A stretch of DNA of 64,000 nt, from the NCBI GenBank assembly GCA_965140705.1, contig OZ223300.1:1728001-1792000 (forward strand), written 5' to 3'. Every line of letters begins with the position of its first letter. The first letter of the stretch is position 1. This document shows, in pieces, positions 1-10,301 of this stretch. The notes under the pieces are model-generated. The model was not told where the DNA came from and searched no databases. It worked only from the letters and a program-made list of their open reading frames with translations. The DNA is from an uncultured Arcobacter sp. (GTDB lineage: Bacteria; Campylobacterota; Campylobacteria; Campylobacterales; Arcobacteraceae). The translations under genes and the position numbers were made by a program.

Positions 1-1
1 A

Positions 2-874
2 CCAAATAATGAAGTTATAAATTTAGGATATGATATTACAAAACAAAGAGCATATGAGAGTTCATTAAGCCAAAAAACAAAACAACTTGCAGCTGCTAAA
101 AAACAATTAGAAGAGTTAAATAACTCTCTTGAAGAAAAAATAAAACTTGAAATTGAAAAAAGTACAAAACATCAAATGATTTTAATGCACCAAAGTAAGT
201 TAGCACAAATGGGAGAGATGATTGAAAACATTGCCCACCAGTGGAGACAACCTCTAGCACAAATCAACTCATCTGTACTTCTTATTGATGCTGTTCTATC
301 ACAAAATAGTTTTGAAGATAGTACTATTGAGAATAAATTATTAGAAATAGAGTCTTTAACTTCTTATATGTCTAAAACTATTGATGATTTTAAAAATTTC
401 TTCAATCCAAATAAAAAAAAGAGTATTTTTAAAATTGAAAGTGCAATTGAAAAAGCATACGATGTAGTAAAAGGCTCTTTAAATATTCACCAAATAAAAA
501 TCACAAAAAATATTAATAAAGACTTGAAATGTAAAAGTTATCTAAATGAACTTCAACAAGTAATCTTAACCCTATTAAATAATGCAATAGATGCCTTAGT
601 TATTATGAATATAAAAGCACCTGAAATAATTATAAATGCTTATGAAAGAGACAATAATATTATTATAACCGTAGAAGATAATGCTTTAGGTATAGATAAA
701 GCTTTATTAGAAAAGATTTTTATACCTTACTTTACTACAAAACATAAATCACAAGGTACAGGATTAGGTTTGTATATGGCTAAATTAATTATTGAAGATG
801 GATTAAATGGAAAATTAAAAGTGGAAAATAAAAAACATGGTGCATGTTTTATAATAGAAATTGAAAAGGAATAA
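2..874 (+). CDS. Sensor histidine kinase, 5'-truncated by the window (PAS/PAC-HisKA-HATPase)
   Basis: The frame is open from base 2 (PNNEVINLGYDITKQR, a PAC-like end). H-box IAHQWRQPL, N-box LLNNAIDA, FTTK and GTGLGL are present. Confidence 0.93.
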   Translation, partial: PNNEVINLGYDITKQRAYESSLSQKTKQLAAAKKQLEELNNSLEEKIKLEIEKSTKHQMILMHQSKLAQMGEMIENIAHQWRQPLAQINSSVLLIDAVLSQNSFEDSTIENKLLEIESLTSYMSKTIDDFKNFFNPNKKKSIFKIESAIEKAYDVVKGSLNIHQIKITKNINKDLKCKSYLNELQQVILTLLNNAIDALVIMNIKAPEIIINAYERDNNIIITVEDNALGIDKALLEKIFIPYFTTKHKSQGTGLGLYMAKLIIEDGLNGKLKVENKKHGACFIIEIEKE

Positions 875-877
875 ATA

Positions 878-1567
878 ATGATTGAAGAAATATATCCCTA
901 TAAAGTATTATTTGTTGAAGATGAAGAAATTTTAAGAAAAAACTATACAACATATTTGAAAATGCTTTTCAAAGAAGTATATGAAGCAAAAGATGGAGAA
1001 ATAGCATATAAAATCTATAAAGAAGAAAAACCAGATATTATGATTATAGATATACACTTGCCTAAATTAAATGGAATAGATTTATTAAAGAAGATTAGAG
1101 AAAATGACCATTCAACAAAAGCAATTATGTTAACAGCGCATACGGATAAATCATTTTTAATAGATGCTGCTGCATTAAAACTTACAAAATATCTTGTAAA
1201 ACCAATTTCTAGAAAAGAGTTAAAAAATGCACTAAATGAGTCCATTGAGGAACTAAATAAATATGATATATTGCCAATAAAAAAGATAGAATTAAAAAAT
1301 AATTATATGTGGAATACAGAACTTCAAGAATTAAAAAATGACAATAAAACTATTGAACTTACAAGTAAAGAAAAAAAAATATTGACTCTTTTATTCTCTC
1401 GCAAAGACAAAGTATTTTCTTATGATGAAATTTTTGATTACTTTTGGATGGAAGAAGAATCTTTTACTTTAAATAGTTTAAAAAATTTAATAAAAAGATT
1501 AAGAAAAAAATTACCAGAAGATACTATTATAAACCAATTTAATGAAGGATATAAAATCATTTTTTAG
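878..1567 (+). CDS. OmpR-family response regulator
   Basis: REC domain (VLFVEDE, DIHLP, KP) followed by a winged helix (LKNLIKRLRKKL...EGYK). Starts 3 bp after the kinase. Confidence 0.93.
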   Translation: MIEEIYPYKVLFVEDEEILRKNYTTYLKMLFKEVYEAKDGEIAYKIYKEEKPDIMIIDIHLPKLNGIDLLKKIRENDHSTKAIMLTAHTDKSFLIDAAALKLTKYLVKPISRKELKNALNESIEELNKYDILPIKKIELKNNYMWNTELQELKNDNKTIELTSKEKKILTLLFSRKDKVFSYDEIFDYFWMEEESFTLNSLKNLIKRLRKKLPEDTIINQFNEGYKIIF

Positions 1568-2201
1568 AAATTCGATATTTAACTAATATTGCTACCCAAA
1601 TATTTACACATATCATATATATAAGGGGAACATTGATAAAAATATCGTTGTTTCTAAAAAAGTATTCATAAAAAGATATATAAATAGAATGAATAACAAA
1701 ACTAAAAAATATAAAAACTCCACTTAAAAAGAAAAGAGAAGAAGCTCTATCAAATAATCTAAATTTTGATGATGAATTAAACCAAAATAACCAAGCAAAT
1801 ATCATTGAAAATAAGACATAAAATAGAGCAAATACAATAAGTTTTGTTTTTAAATCATAATATACATAAGTAAATAAACTATGACTAATAAAAACAACTA
1901 CAATAGGAATCACGTATCTGCTATGCCATTGTGCATCCAAATTTAATAAAGCCCTTATTGCTATGTACAAACTAATTGCAGCTGATATTAATAAAGTATT
2001 TGCAATTACAATGGATAAAAAGTCAGGAATTTGATTTCTTAAAATAATCAGTACAAATCCTACAAAATAAAAACTTGCATAAAAAGTTAAAAACTTTAAA
2101 CTTCTATTATTGGGACTTTGTATATACCTAATCAATATATAAACTGCAAGAACAAAAAGGATAAATATACTTATAATAAAAACTATTTTTAAATCCAACA
2201 A
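1557..2201 (-). CDS. Multi-TM membrane protein resembling the N-terminal membrane module of GGDEF/sensor proteins
   Basis: About 7 hydrophobic segments and an IPDFLSIVIANTLL motif; no catalytic domain follows. Confidence 0.7.
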   Translation of the reverse strand: MLDLKIVFIISIFILFVLAVYILIRYIQSPNNRSLKFLTFYASFYFVGFVLIILRNQIPDFLSIVIANTLLISAAISLYIAIRALLNLDAQWHSRYVIPIVVVFISHSLFTYVYYDLKTKLIVFALFYVLFSMIFAWLFWFNSSSKFRLFDRASSLFFLSGVFIFFSFVIHSIYISFYEYFFRNNDIFINVPLIYMICVNIWVAILVKYRISKK

Positions 2202-2299
2202 AAAAACCTACCATTTGAAATTATATAAAGATTTATATTCTATCTAAACTAAATAAAGAAAAGAAAGTGATAATTATAAAATTGTAAAATTTAAAATTA

Positions 2300-2332
2300 T
2301 GATACTGCCTTGATACTTTTATTTATTACTAT
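2300..2332 (+). promoter_or_regulatory. Tandem direct-repeat box TGATACT-N4-TGATACT plus a -10 hexamer (TACTAT) upstream of the diguanylate cyclase
   Basis: Repeats at 2300-2306 and 2311-2317 (11-bp period), TACTAT at 2327-2332; same geometry as the site at 4129-4161. Confidence 0.65.
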
Positions 2333-2363
2333 TCCCAATAAATTATTTATTTAAGGAAAACCC

Positions 2364-4118
2364 ATGAATAAAATTATTCATAGATTACTATTAAGAGGAA
2401 AACAAATTTCTCTTAAAGCAACCGTATTATCATTATTTTTTTTTGTGACAATCATAATTACAATATTATTAATATCACAGCTTTTTTACTTTAGTCAAAA
2501 ATTATCATATGAAAGTATTAATACTAAAATCAATACTTTAGTAAACAATATACAAACGTCTATAAAAACTAATAATGAAATAAATAAAAATATAGTTTCA
2601 TTATTAAGTACAAATGTTGAGACATCAATTCCTTTTTATACAAATATATTAAAAAATAACCCATCTTTGTATTCACTATATAAAGGTTACAAAGATGGTA
2701 GTTTTTATGAAATAATAAATCTTGATATACATAAATCTTTGAAAAAAATATATAAAGCATCTCCAAAGGATAAATGGCTTTTAATAAAAGTAAAAGGCTA
2801 TATACAAAATAAAAAAGAAGTCATATTATTAAATAGCAATTTAAAGATTACTAACTCAAAAGTTGAAAATAATAGTTATAACCCTACTCTTAGACCTTGG
2901 TATATTGAAGCATCAAAAAGTGATAAAATCATAAAAACTCAACCTTATGATTTTTCTAATATTCCCGAAAAGGGAATAACTTATGCCAAAGAAATTAATA
3001 AAAGCAAAGATGTAGTTGCTATTGATGTGTTGGTTTATGATATTCAATCTGTACTAAATAATCTAATCAATCAAGATTATATGGAAGCTTATTTATTTAA
3101 AGAAAATGGATTTATAATCTCTTCATCAAAAAAAGAAAATATATTAATTAATAGTTTTTTAAAACAAAAACGTAAATTATCTGAATTTAAAACACCCAAA
3201 GTTATTAATATAAATAATAAAAAATATATTCTTCAGATTATTCCACTTCAAGGAATAAACTCAAAAGACTATGTTGCTCTTTTTGCAAAAAATGCCCAAG
3301 TTATAGCACCTTATAAAAAAGAAGTTTATACAATAATTGTATATTTCTTAATTAGTTTATTTATAATAATTCCTTTACTTATTTATTTTTCGAATATTAT
3401 TGTAAAACCTATTTATAAATTGGTTGAAGCTAGCCAAAAAGTAAAAAATAGAGAATTTAACTCTATTACAAAAATTAATAGTCCTGTTTTAGAAATTGAA
3501 CTACTTTCCACTTCTATAAAAGATATGTCAAATTCTATTTATTCTTATCAACACTCCCTTGAAGAGAAAGTCAAACAAAGAACAAAAGAGTTAATATCAA
3601 AAAATGAAGAACTCCATAGGTTATCTATAACAGATAAATTAACTGGTTTGTATAACAGAGTACAACTTGATAAAACTCTACATCTTGAAGTAACTAAAAG
3701 TCTAACTTCTCAAAACAATTTTTGCATTTTACTAATTGATATTGATTTTTTTAAAAAAGTTAATGACAATTATGGACATCAAATAGGAGATGAAGTATTA
3801 GTTGAAACTGCAAATATATTAAAAAATAATATTAGAAAAAGTGATATTTTAGGCCGATGGGGAGGAGAAGAGTTTTTAATTATATCTCCCAAGTTAAAAA
3901 TTGAAGATGCCATAATTTTAAGTAATAAACTAAGAGAAGCTGTAGAAAAACATACTTTTTTAAATTATCCTAAAAAAGTAACTATTAGTTTAGGGTTAGC
4001 AAACTTTTATAAAGGTCTAATTAAAACAGAAGAAATTTTAGCCAATGCAGATAAGGCATTGTATGAAGCAAAACAAAAGGGAAGAAATCAAGTAAAAATT
4101 TTCAAAAATAACTACTAG
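2364..4118 (+). CDS. Membrane diguanylate cyclase (Cache-HAMP-GGDEF)
   Basis: Two TM segments, Cache motif YNPTLRPWY, HAMP, active site RWGGEEF and RKSD I-site. Confidence 0.93.
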   Translation: MNKIIHRLLLRGKQISLKATVLSLFFFVTIIITILLISQLFYFSQKLSYESINTKINTLVNNIQTSIKTNNEINKNIVSLLSTNVETSIPFYTNILKNNPSLYSLYKGYKDGSFYEIINLDIHKSLKKIYKASPKDKWLLIKVKGYIQNKKEVILLNSNLKITNSKVENNSYNPTLRPWYIEASKSDKIIKTQPYDFSNIPEKGITYAKEINKSKDVVAIDVLVYDIQSVLNNLINQDYMEAYLFKENGFIISSSKKENILINSFLKQKRKLSEFKTPKVININNKKYILQIIPLQGINSKDYVALFAKNAQVIAPYKKEVYTIIVYFLISLFIIIPLLIYFSNIIVKPIYKLVEASQKVKNREFNSITKINSPVLEIELLSTSIKDMSNSIYSYQHSLEEKVKQRTKELISKNEELHRLSITDKLTGLYNRVQLDKTLHLEVTKSLTSQNNFCILLIDIDFFKKVNDNYGHQIGDEVLVETANILKNNIRKSDILGRWGGEEFLIISPKLKIEDAIILSNKLREAVEKHTFLNYPKKVTISLGLANFYKGLIKTEEILANADKALYEAKQKGRNQVKIFKNNY

Positions 4119-4128
4119 TTTTATTTTT

Positions 4129-4161
4129 TGATACTTCTGTGATACATCTTATTATTAAAAT
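4129..4161 (+). promoter_or_regulatory. Tandem direct-repeat box TGATACT-N4-TGATACA plus a -10 hexamer (TAAAAT) upstream of the T1SS operon
   Basis: Repeats at 4129-4135 and 4140-4146, TAAAAT at 4156-4161. Confidence 0.65.
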
Positions 4162-4188
4162 ACCTATTATAAAATGAAAAGGTAGTTT

Positions 4189-5736
4189 ATGAGAGAGATT
4201 AAGAGAAAAAAGCTATTTAGCATAATAGTAGCAAGTAGCATAGTAGTATTTAGTACTAATTTGTGTGCATTAAATCTAAAACAGAGTGTATCAAAGGTAA
4301 TAGATACAAATCCAATAGTTAAAGAGAGAATAAATAACTATAGAGCCACTCAACAAGATTTAAAAATTGCCGAATCGGAATATTTGCCAAGAGTTGATTT
4401 TAGAACAGGGGTTGGTTATAAAAATGCTGGAAAACTAAATAATGAAATCAGAGATGTAAATTATGATTATTATGAAAATTCTTTAAAACTAACGCAAAAT
4501 TTATTTAATGGCTTTGATACAACTCATAAAGTTGATTATCAAGAAGCAAGAGTACTAGCAGCAGCTTATCATTACTTAGAGAAAGCAAATGATATAAGTT
4601 TTAGAATGGTTGAAGCATATATCAATGTATTGAAAAACTATAAACTATTACAAAATGCTAAAGATAATGTTGAATTCCATGAGCAAATGTTTGAAAACAT
4701 TAAAAACTTATATAATTCAGGATTAGATAGAGAATCTTCTATTTCAAAAGTAAAAGCAGGATTAGCACTTGCTAGAACAAATTATATTGCACAAAAAAAT
4801 AATACAAAAGATGCAGAATTTAAATTTGCTAGAATTTATGGTAAACACCCAAACGTCACTCAAATGGAAATACCTACTATTAATGTAAAAATGCCTGAAT
4901 CAATACAAAGAGCAACAATGTATGCAATGAAAAACAATCCTTCTATTCTTGTAAGTAATTACAATATTAAAGGGGCACAGGCTTTATATAAAAAATCTAA
5001 AAGTGGTTATTATCCAAAAATAGATTTTGAAATCGAACAACTTTATAATGACTATCACAGATCAGATAATGGCTTTGATGAACCAGATGATAGATTTAGA
5101 GTTGGTTTTGTACTAAATTGGAATTTATACAAAGGTGGTGCAGATAGTGCTGAGAAACAAAAAGCAATAAGCAAAGTACATCAAGAAGTACAAATTCAAC
5201 AAGATTTAAAACGACAAGTAATAGAAGGATTACAATTATCTTGGTCTGCTTATGAAAATATCAAAGAACAAATTAAACAACTAAAAATTTACAACGAATA
5301 TAGTGAAACTACAAGAACCAGTTATCAAGAAGAGTACAACTTAGGTAAAAGAACACTTCTTGACCTTATAACTTCTCAAAATGATGTAATTAATTCAAGA
5401 GCACAAATGATTCAAGCCCAAAGTGAATATACCTTTGCTCAATATAGACTTTTAGATGCAATGGGATTATTAGTTACTGTTGTGATGGGAGATCAATCAA
5501 GTTATGAAAATGCAGTAAATATCAATACAGATAAGATGAAATATGAACTTGATACTTTACCTATAAAGTTAGATGCTGACAATGACATGATTACAAATAA
5601 TCTTGATATTTGTGATGGTTCATCTGATGAAAAAATCATGCCATTTGGTTGTCAAAAAGAGATAAATGATCCAAATAAAGATATCTATTTAAAAGCACTT
5701 AAAAATAATTCAACTTTTAACAAAGGAACAAAATAA
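4189..5736 (+). CDS. TolC-family type I secretion outer membrane protein (LapE/AggA-like)
   Basis: Signal peptide, YLPRVD and YYPKID repeats, NLYKGGAD, GKRTLLDL; first gene of the T1SS operon. Confidence 0.92.
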   Translation: MREIKRKKLFSIIVASSIVVFSTNLCALNLKQSVSKVIDTNPIVKERINNYRATQQDLKIAESEYLPRVDFRTGVGYKNAGKLNNEIRDVNYDYYENSLKLTQNLFNGFDTTHKVDYQEARVLAAAYHYLEKANDISFRMVEAYINVLKNYKLLQNAKDNVEFHEQMFENIKNLYNSGLDRESSISKVKAGLALARTNYIAQKNNTKDAEFKFARIYGKHPNVTQMEIPTINVKMPESIQRATMYAMKNNPSILVSNYNIKGAQALYKKSKSGYYPKIDFEIEQLYNDYHRSDNGFDEPDDRFRVGFVLNWNLYKGGADSAEKQKAISKVHQEVQIQQDLKRQVIEGLQLSWSAYENIKEQIKQLKIYNEYSETTRTSYQEEYNLGKRTLLDLITSQNDVINSRAQMIQAQSEYTFAQYRLLDAMGLLVTVVMGDQSSYENAVNINTDKMKYELDTLPIKLDADNDMITNNLDICDGSSDEKIMPFGCQKEINDPNKDIYLKALKNNSTFNKGTK

Positions 5737-6710
5737 TGAAAAAACTAGCATTACTACTTTTTACAACAGCACTGTGTTTTGCTGGGGTTTATGATTATCC
5801 ATATTTAATAAATTCAAAAGAAAAATACAAAGATAGTGTTATAAATAAAGAGCTTATGTATGGAGATTTTCAAGCAATAATTAGATTCAAACCTATTTAT
5901 TTTAATCCAAGTACCAATACTATAACCAATGATTCTAAAAATTATTTAGATGAGATTGTAAAAACTTACAAAAAATATGCAAATAAAACAACAATTGTAA
6001 CTATTATTGGGCATACAGATAGAGTTCAAACAAAAACTGAAAAAGTAAATCAGTCATGGTGGTATCCAACTTACCCAAATGATTTAACACAGAAGTCAAG
6101 TGAAAAACTTGCCCTTTCCTATGCTAATTATGTTCAAGATCAACTATTAAATAAAGGTATTCATAAAAATAATATTCTTATTGAACAAAGAGGCGGTTTA
6201 GATAACTTATATACAAGTGAAACAAAAGAAGGTAGAGATTTAAACTATAGAGCTATGGTTACATTATATGTTAAAAAAGATTTAAATGCAGATAGTGATG
6301 GTGATGGAGTTATAGATAGTAAAGATAAATGCCCAATGACACCAAAAGGCCATAAAGTAAATGTTAATGGCTGTTCTACAATATTAAATCTAACAATCAA
6401 TTATGATGTTGCTTCATATAATATTACAAAAGATTCAAGTGAAAAATTAAAAACACTAGTTGATTTTATGAAAAAGAATAAAAAGTATAAAGTAGTTCTA
6501 TATGGTTATACAAGTAACGAAGGAAGTAATTTAAAAAATCAAATACTTTCAGAAAAAAGAGCATTAAGTATTCGAAAATATTTAATCAAACAAGGAATTA
6601 TCTCTTCTAGAATAGCTACTTATGGTAAATCTTCTTCAGAACCTATAGCATCAAATGAGACAAAAGAAGGAAGAGAAAAAAATAGAAGAGTTGAAGTACA
6701 ACTATATTAA
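5736..6710 (+). CDS. OmpA-family peptidoglycan-binding protein with two OmpA_C domains and a TSP3-like Ca-binding linker
   Basis: IIGHTD...GRDLNYRA, DSDGDGVIDSKDKCP, LSEKRA...GREKNRRVEV. Confidence 0.88.
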   Translation: MKKLALLLFTTALCFAGVYDYPYLINSKEKYKDSVINKELMYGDFQAIIRFKPIYFNPSTNTITNDSKNYLDEIVKTYKKYANKTTIVTIIGHTDRVQTKTEKVNQSWWYPTYPNDLTQKSSEKLALSYANYVQDQLLNKGIHKNNILIEQRGGLDNLYTSETKEGRDLNYRAMVTLYVKKDLNADSDGDGVIDSKDKCPMTPKGHKVNVNGCSTILNLTINYDVASYNITKDSSEKLKTLVDFMKKNKKYKVVLYGYTSNEGSNLKNQILSEKRALSIRKYLIKQGIISSRIATYGKSSSEPIASNETKEGREKNRRVEVQLY

Positions 6711-6720
6711 TGGATAAAAG

Positions 6721-8871
6721 ATGATAAAAAACCCAGATAATTATAATAAAAAAGACTCTTTATTAGAGTCTTTGGTGCTTTATACAAAGTTATATTATAA
6801 ACCTTATACTAGTGAAGCTATTATGTCTGGATTGCCTTCTTTGCACTTAAGTAGTGATAAAACTCTTTTGGGGAAACATAGTTCTAGATCACTTTTTTCT
6901 AGAGCTGCTTCAAGGGCTGGACTTAAAACAACATTGGTGCAACGCCCTATTTTGGAAATATCAAAATTACAACTTCCTATGATTATATTTTTGAGTAATG
7001 AATATAGTTGTATTTTAGAAGATTTTTCAAAAGATAAAAATGAAGCTAAAATAATTCATGCAAATGAGAATGAGCCAGTTGAAGAATGGGTAGATATAGA
7101 AAAACTTGAAAATGAATATTTAGGCTTTGCATTTATGTTAAAAAAGCCCTATTCCCATGGAAGTGTAGACAAAAAACTATCTACACACAAAAAACATTGG
7201 TTTTGGGATACTTTGAAATTATCAAAATCAATATACAAAGATGTTTTATTAGCATCTTTACTTATTAATTTATTTGTTTTAGCTACTCCTCTTTTTACGA
7301 TGAATGTATATGATAGAGTTATTCCAAATAGTGCTATAGAAACATTATGGATGTTCACTTTTGGTGTAGTTACAGTTTATATATTAGACCTCTTTTTAAA
7401 ATTTACAAGAAGTTATTTACTTGAACTTGCTGCAAAAAAAAGTGATATTATCATGTCTTCAATAATATTTGAAAAAGTTCTAGATTTAAACTTATCTTCA
7501 TATCCAAAATCTGTTGGTTCTTTTGCAAATAATATAAAAGATTTTGATTCTATTCGTTCTTTTTTAACAAATGCAACATTAACTATTATTATAGATTTCC
7601 CTTTTGCTTTAATATTTTTAGTATTAATTGCTTATATTGGAGGAACTATTGTATTTATTCCTATATTTATTTCAATAATAATTTTATCATATGCTTTTTT
7701 AATTAAAAAACCTTTACAAAGAAGTATAGAAAGCACTCATGAAGCTTCTGCAAGAAAAAATGGAATACTAATAGAAAGTTTACAAAATATTGAGACAATA
7801 AAAGCCTTTGGTCTATCTGGAAAAATGCAATGGATGTATGAAGAAGCTACGGGAGAAATAGCAAAAAAAAGTATTAATTCAAGACTTATATCAAGTTCAA
7901 TTCCTAATGTAACAGCATTTTTAGTTCAACTAAATACAATCATATGTGTTGTATATGGAGTCTATTTAATCTCAGCTTTTCATTTGACAATGGGAGGATT
8001 GATTGCTGTTATTATTTTATCATCAAGAACAGTATCTCCATTGGGACAAGCAGCTGGATTAATTACAGGTTATGAAGATGCCAAAGCTTCATATACACTA
8101 ATAAACTCAATTATCTCAAGACCTATTGAGAGACCAGAAGGAAAAGAGTTCATAAAACGAGAAGTTTTATTTGAAAATATAGAGTTTAGAAATGTGAGTT
8201 TTTCTTATCCTGATACAAATATAGAAGTCTTAAAAGATGTTAGTTTTTCTATCAAAAAAGGTGAAAAGGTTGCAATTTTAGGAATGATAGGTTCAGGGAA
8301 AAGTACTTTAAGCAAACTACTTTTAAAACTGCATGAACCAACTAGTGGTTCTATTTTAATAGATGGAATAGATATTAAACAAATAGATCCTGCAAACTTA
8401 AGAAAAAGTATTAGTTATGTACCCCAAGAAGTTAATTTATTTCAAGGAACAATAAAAGAAAATATTTTAAATAACTATAAATACTACACAGATGAAGAAA
8501 TATTAGATATAGCAAAAATATCAGGTGTAGATGATTTTGTAAAAATTCATCCTTTGGGATATGAAATGCAAATCAATGAAAGAAGCATAGGCTTATCAGG
8601 TGGTCAAAAACAAACAGTAGGAATAGCAAGAGCTCTTTTAAATGATACAAATACTTTATTATTTGACGAACCAATGAACGCAATGGATCAAACAACTGAG
8701 AGAACTATTATAAATAGACTAAAAAGTACCATAGAAGAAAAAACTCTTCTGTTAATCACTCAAAAGCTGACTACTCTTGATTTATGTGAAAGAGTCATAG
8801 TATTGCATAATGGTAAAAAAATAATGGATGATTCTAAGCCTGAAGTTCTAAAACAGTTAGGTAGCAAATGA
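6721..8871 (+). CDS. Type I secretion ABC transporter (LapB-like, with a C39-like domain)
   Basis: MNVYDRVIPN, Walker A GMIGSGKST, signature LSGGQKQ, Walker B LLFDEP. Confidence 0.94.
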   Translation: MIKNPDNYNKKDSLLESLVLYTKLYYKPYTSEAIMSGLPSLHLSSDKTLLGKHSSRSLFSRAASRAGLKTTLVQRPILEISKLQLPMIIFLSNEYSCILEDFSKDKNEAKIIHANENEPVEEWVDIEKLENEYLGFAFMLKKPYSHGSVDKKLSTHKKHWFWDTLKLSKSIYKDVLLASLLINLFVLATPLFTMNVYDRVIPNSAIETLWMFTFGVVTVYILDLFLKFTRSYLLELAAKKSDIIMSSIIFEKVLDLNLSSYPKSVGSFANNIKDFDSIRSFLTNATLTIIIDFPFALIFLVLIAYIGGTIVFIPIFISIIILSYAFLIKKPLQRSIESTHEASARKNGILIESLQNIETIKAFGLSGKMQWMYEEATGEIAKKSINSRLISSSIPNVTAFLVQLNTIICVVYGVYLISAFHLTMGGLIAVIILSSRTVSPLGQAAGLITGYEDAKASYTLINSIISRPIERPEGKEFIKREVLFENIEFRNVSFSYPDTNIEVLKDVSFSIKKGEKVAILGMIGSGKSTLSKLLLKLHEPTSGSILIDGIDIKQIDPANLRKSISYVPQEVNLFQGTIKENILNNYKYYTDEEILDIAKISGVDDFVKIHPLGYEMQINERSIGLSGGQKQTVGIARALLNDTNTLLFDEPMNAMDQTTERTIINRLKSTIEEKTLLLITQKLTTLDLCERVIVLHNGKKIMDDSKPEVLKQLGSK

Positions 8872-10301
8872 AAAAGTTCTTTATAAAAATAAAAAGTTTA
8901 TTTCAAAACTTAGAATTTATACATGAAAAAATAGAAACTATTCTTAATAAATTTAAGCGTAAAAAGAATCTACCAGTAAAGGAAAACTTTAAACAAGAAG
9001 ATTATGAATTTATGGAGAGCTTAAGTGGTGCTATTTTAGAAAAGCATCCAAAAAAACTTCATTTTATACTTCAATTTTGGGCAATTACTATTTTTATATT
9101 TATTATTTGGGCTTCTTTATGCGAAATTGATGAAGTATCAAGAGGAATTGGAGATGTAATACCTAGTAATGAAAATCAGATAGTACAAAATTTAGAAGGT
9201 GGTATTATAGAAAGTATCAATGTAAATGAAGGAGATCATGTAAAAAAAGGTACCGTTTTATTAAAAATAAACAATGAAAAATCAGTTTCAACTTTTGAGT
9301 CGAATGAAGTAAAAGCCATGTCTTTAAAAGCAAAAATTTTAAGATTGACAGCAGAAGCAGAAGCAAAAGATTTTGATATTTCAAAAAATACAAATGAAGA
9401 AATGGCTCCATACATAAAAAATGAATTAAGCCTTTATCAAACAAATAAAAATCAATTAAACTCTGATTTGAGCATATTAGAAGAACAATTAATTCAAAGA
9501 AAAAATTCACTTGCAGATGCGAAATCAAAAAAGCTTTATCTTTCAAAATCATTAGTAATGATAAGAAAAGAGATAAGTATGACAGAACCAATGGTTGAAA
9601 GAGGTATTGCATCAGAAGTTGATTTATTAAGATTGAAAAAAGAAGAAAATCAAGGAATTGATGAGTTAAAAAGTGCAGAATTTTTAATTATTCGTTTCAA
9701 TTCAGAAATTAATGAAATAATGCACAAAATTGATTCTACAAAACTTTCATTTCAATCAAAAGCAAAAACAGCATTAACAGAAACTATTTCAGAATACAAA
9801 AGAACTATATCTAACTCAAAAGCATTAGAAGACCAAGTCACAAGAACTTTAGTAAGAGCCCCAAGAGATGGTATTATTCAAAAAGTTTTTATAAATACTG
9901 TTGGCGGAGTTGTAAAACCAGGTGACAATCTTATAGAAATCGTTCCTACAAATGAAAAACTCCTTGTGAATGCAAAAATAAAACCAGCTGATATTGCATT
10001 TATTTATCCTTCTCAAAAAGCAATAGTAAAATTTTCTGCCTATGATTTTTCTATCTATGGTGGTATTGAGGCAAAAGTTGTAAGTATAAGTCCAGACACA
10101 ATAAAAGACAAGGATGGTAAGACTTACTATATTGTAAGAATAGAAACACACAATAATAAATTAAATCAAAAATCAAAAAAAATGAAAATAATTCCAGGAA
10201 TGACTGCACAAGTTGACATTCTAACAGGTAAAAAAAGTATTCTAAGTTATATTTTAAAACCAATTCTTAAAACAAAGCAATACGCTTTTGGAGATAGATA
10301 A
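8868..10301 (+). CDS. HlyD-family T1SS membrane fusion protein (LapC-like)
   Basis: QIVQNLEGGII, AYDFSIYGG, PGMTAQVDILTG. Confidence 0.94.
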   Translation: MKKFFIKIKSLFQNLEFIHEKIETILNKFKRKKNLPVKENFKQEDYEFMESLSGAILEKHPKKLHFILQFWAITIFIFIIWASLCEIDEVSRGIGDVIPSNENQIVQNLEGGIIESINVNEGDHVKKGTVLLKINNEKSVSTFESNEVKAMSLKAKILRLTAEAEAKDFDISKNTNEEMAPYIKNELSLYQTNKNQLNSDLSILEEQLIQRKNSLADAKSKKLYLSKSLVMIRKEISMTEPMVERGIASEVDLLRLKKEENQGIDELKSAEFLIIRFNSEINEIMHKIDSTKLSFQSKAKTALTETISEYKRTISNSKALEDQVTRTLVRAPRDGIIQKVFINTVGGVVKPGDNLIEIVPTNEKLLVNAKIKPADIAFIYPSQKAIVKFSAYDFSIYGGIEAKVVSISPDTIKDKDGKTYYIVRIETHNNKLNQKSKKMKIIPGMTAQVDILTGKKSILSYILKPILKTKQYAFGDR

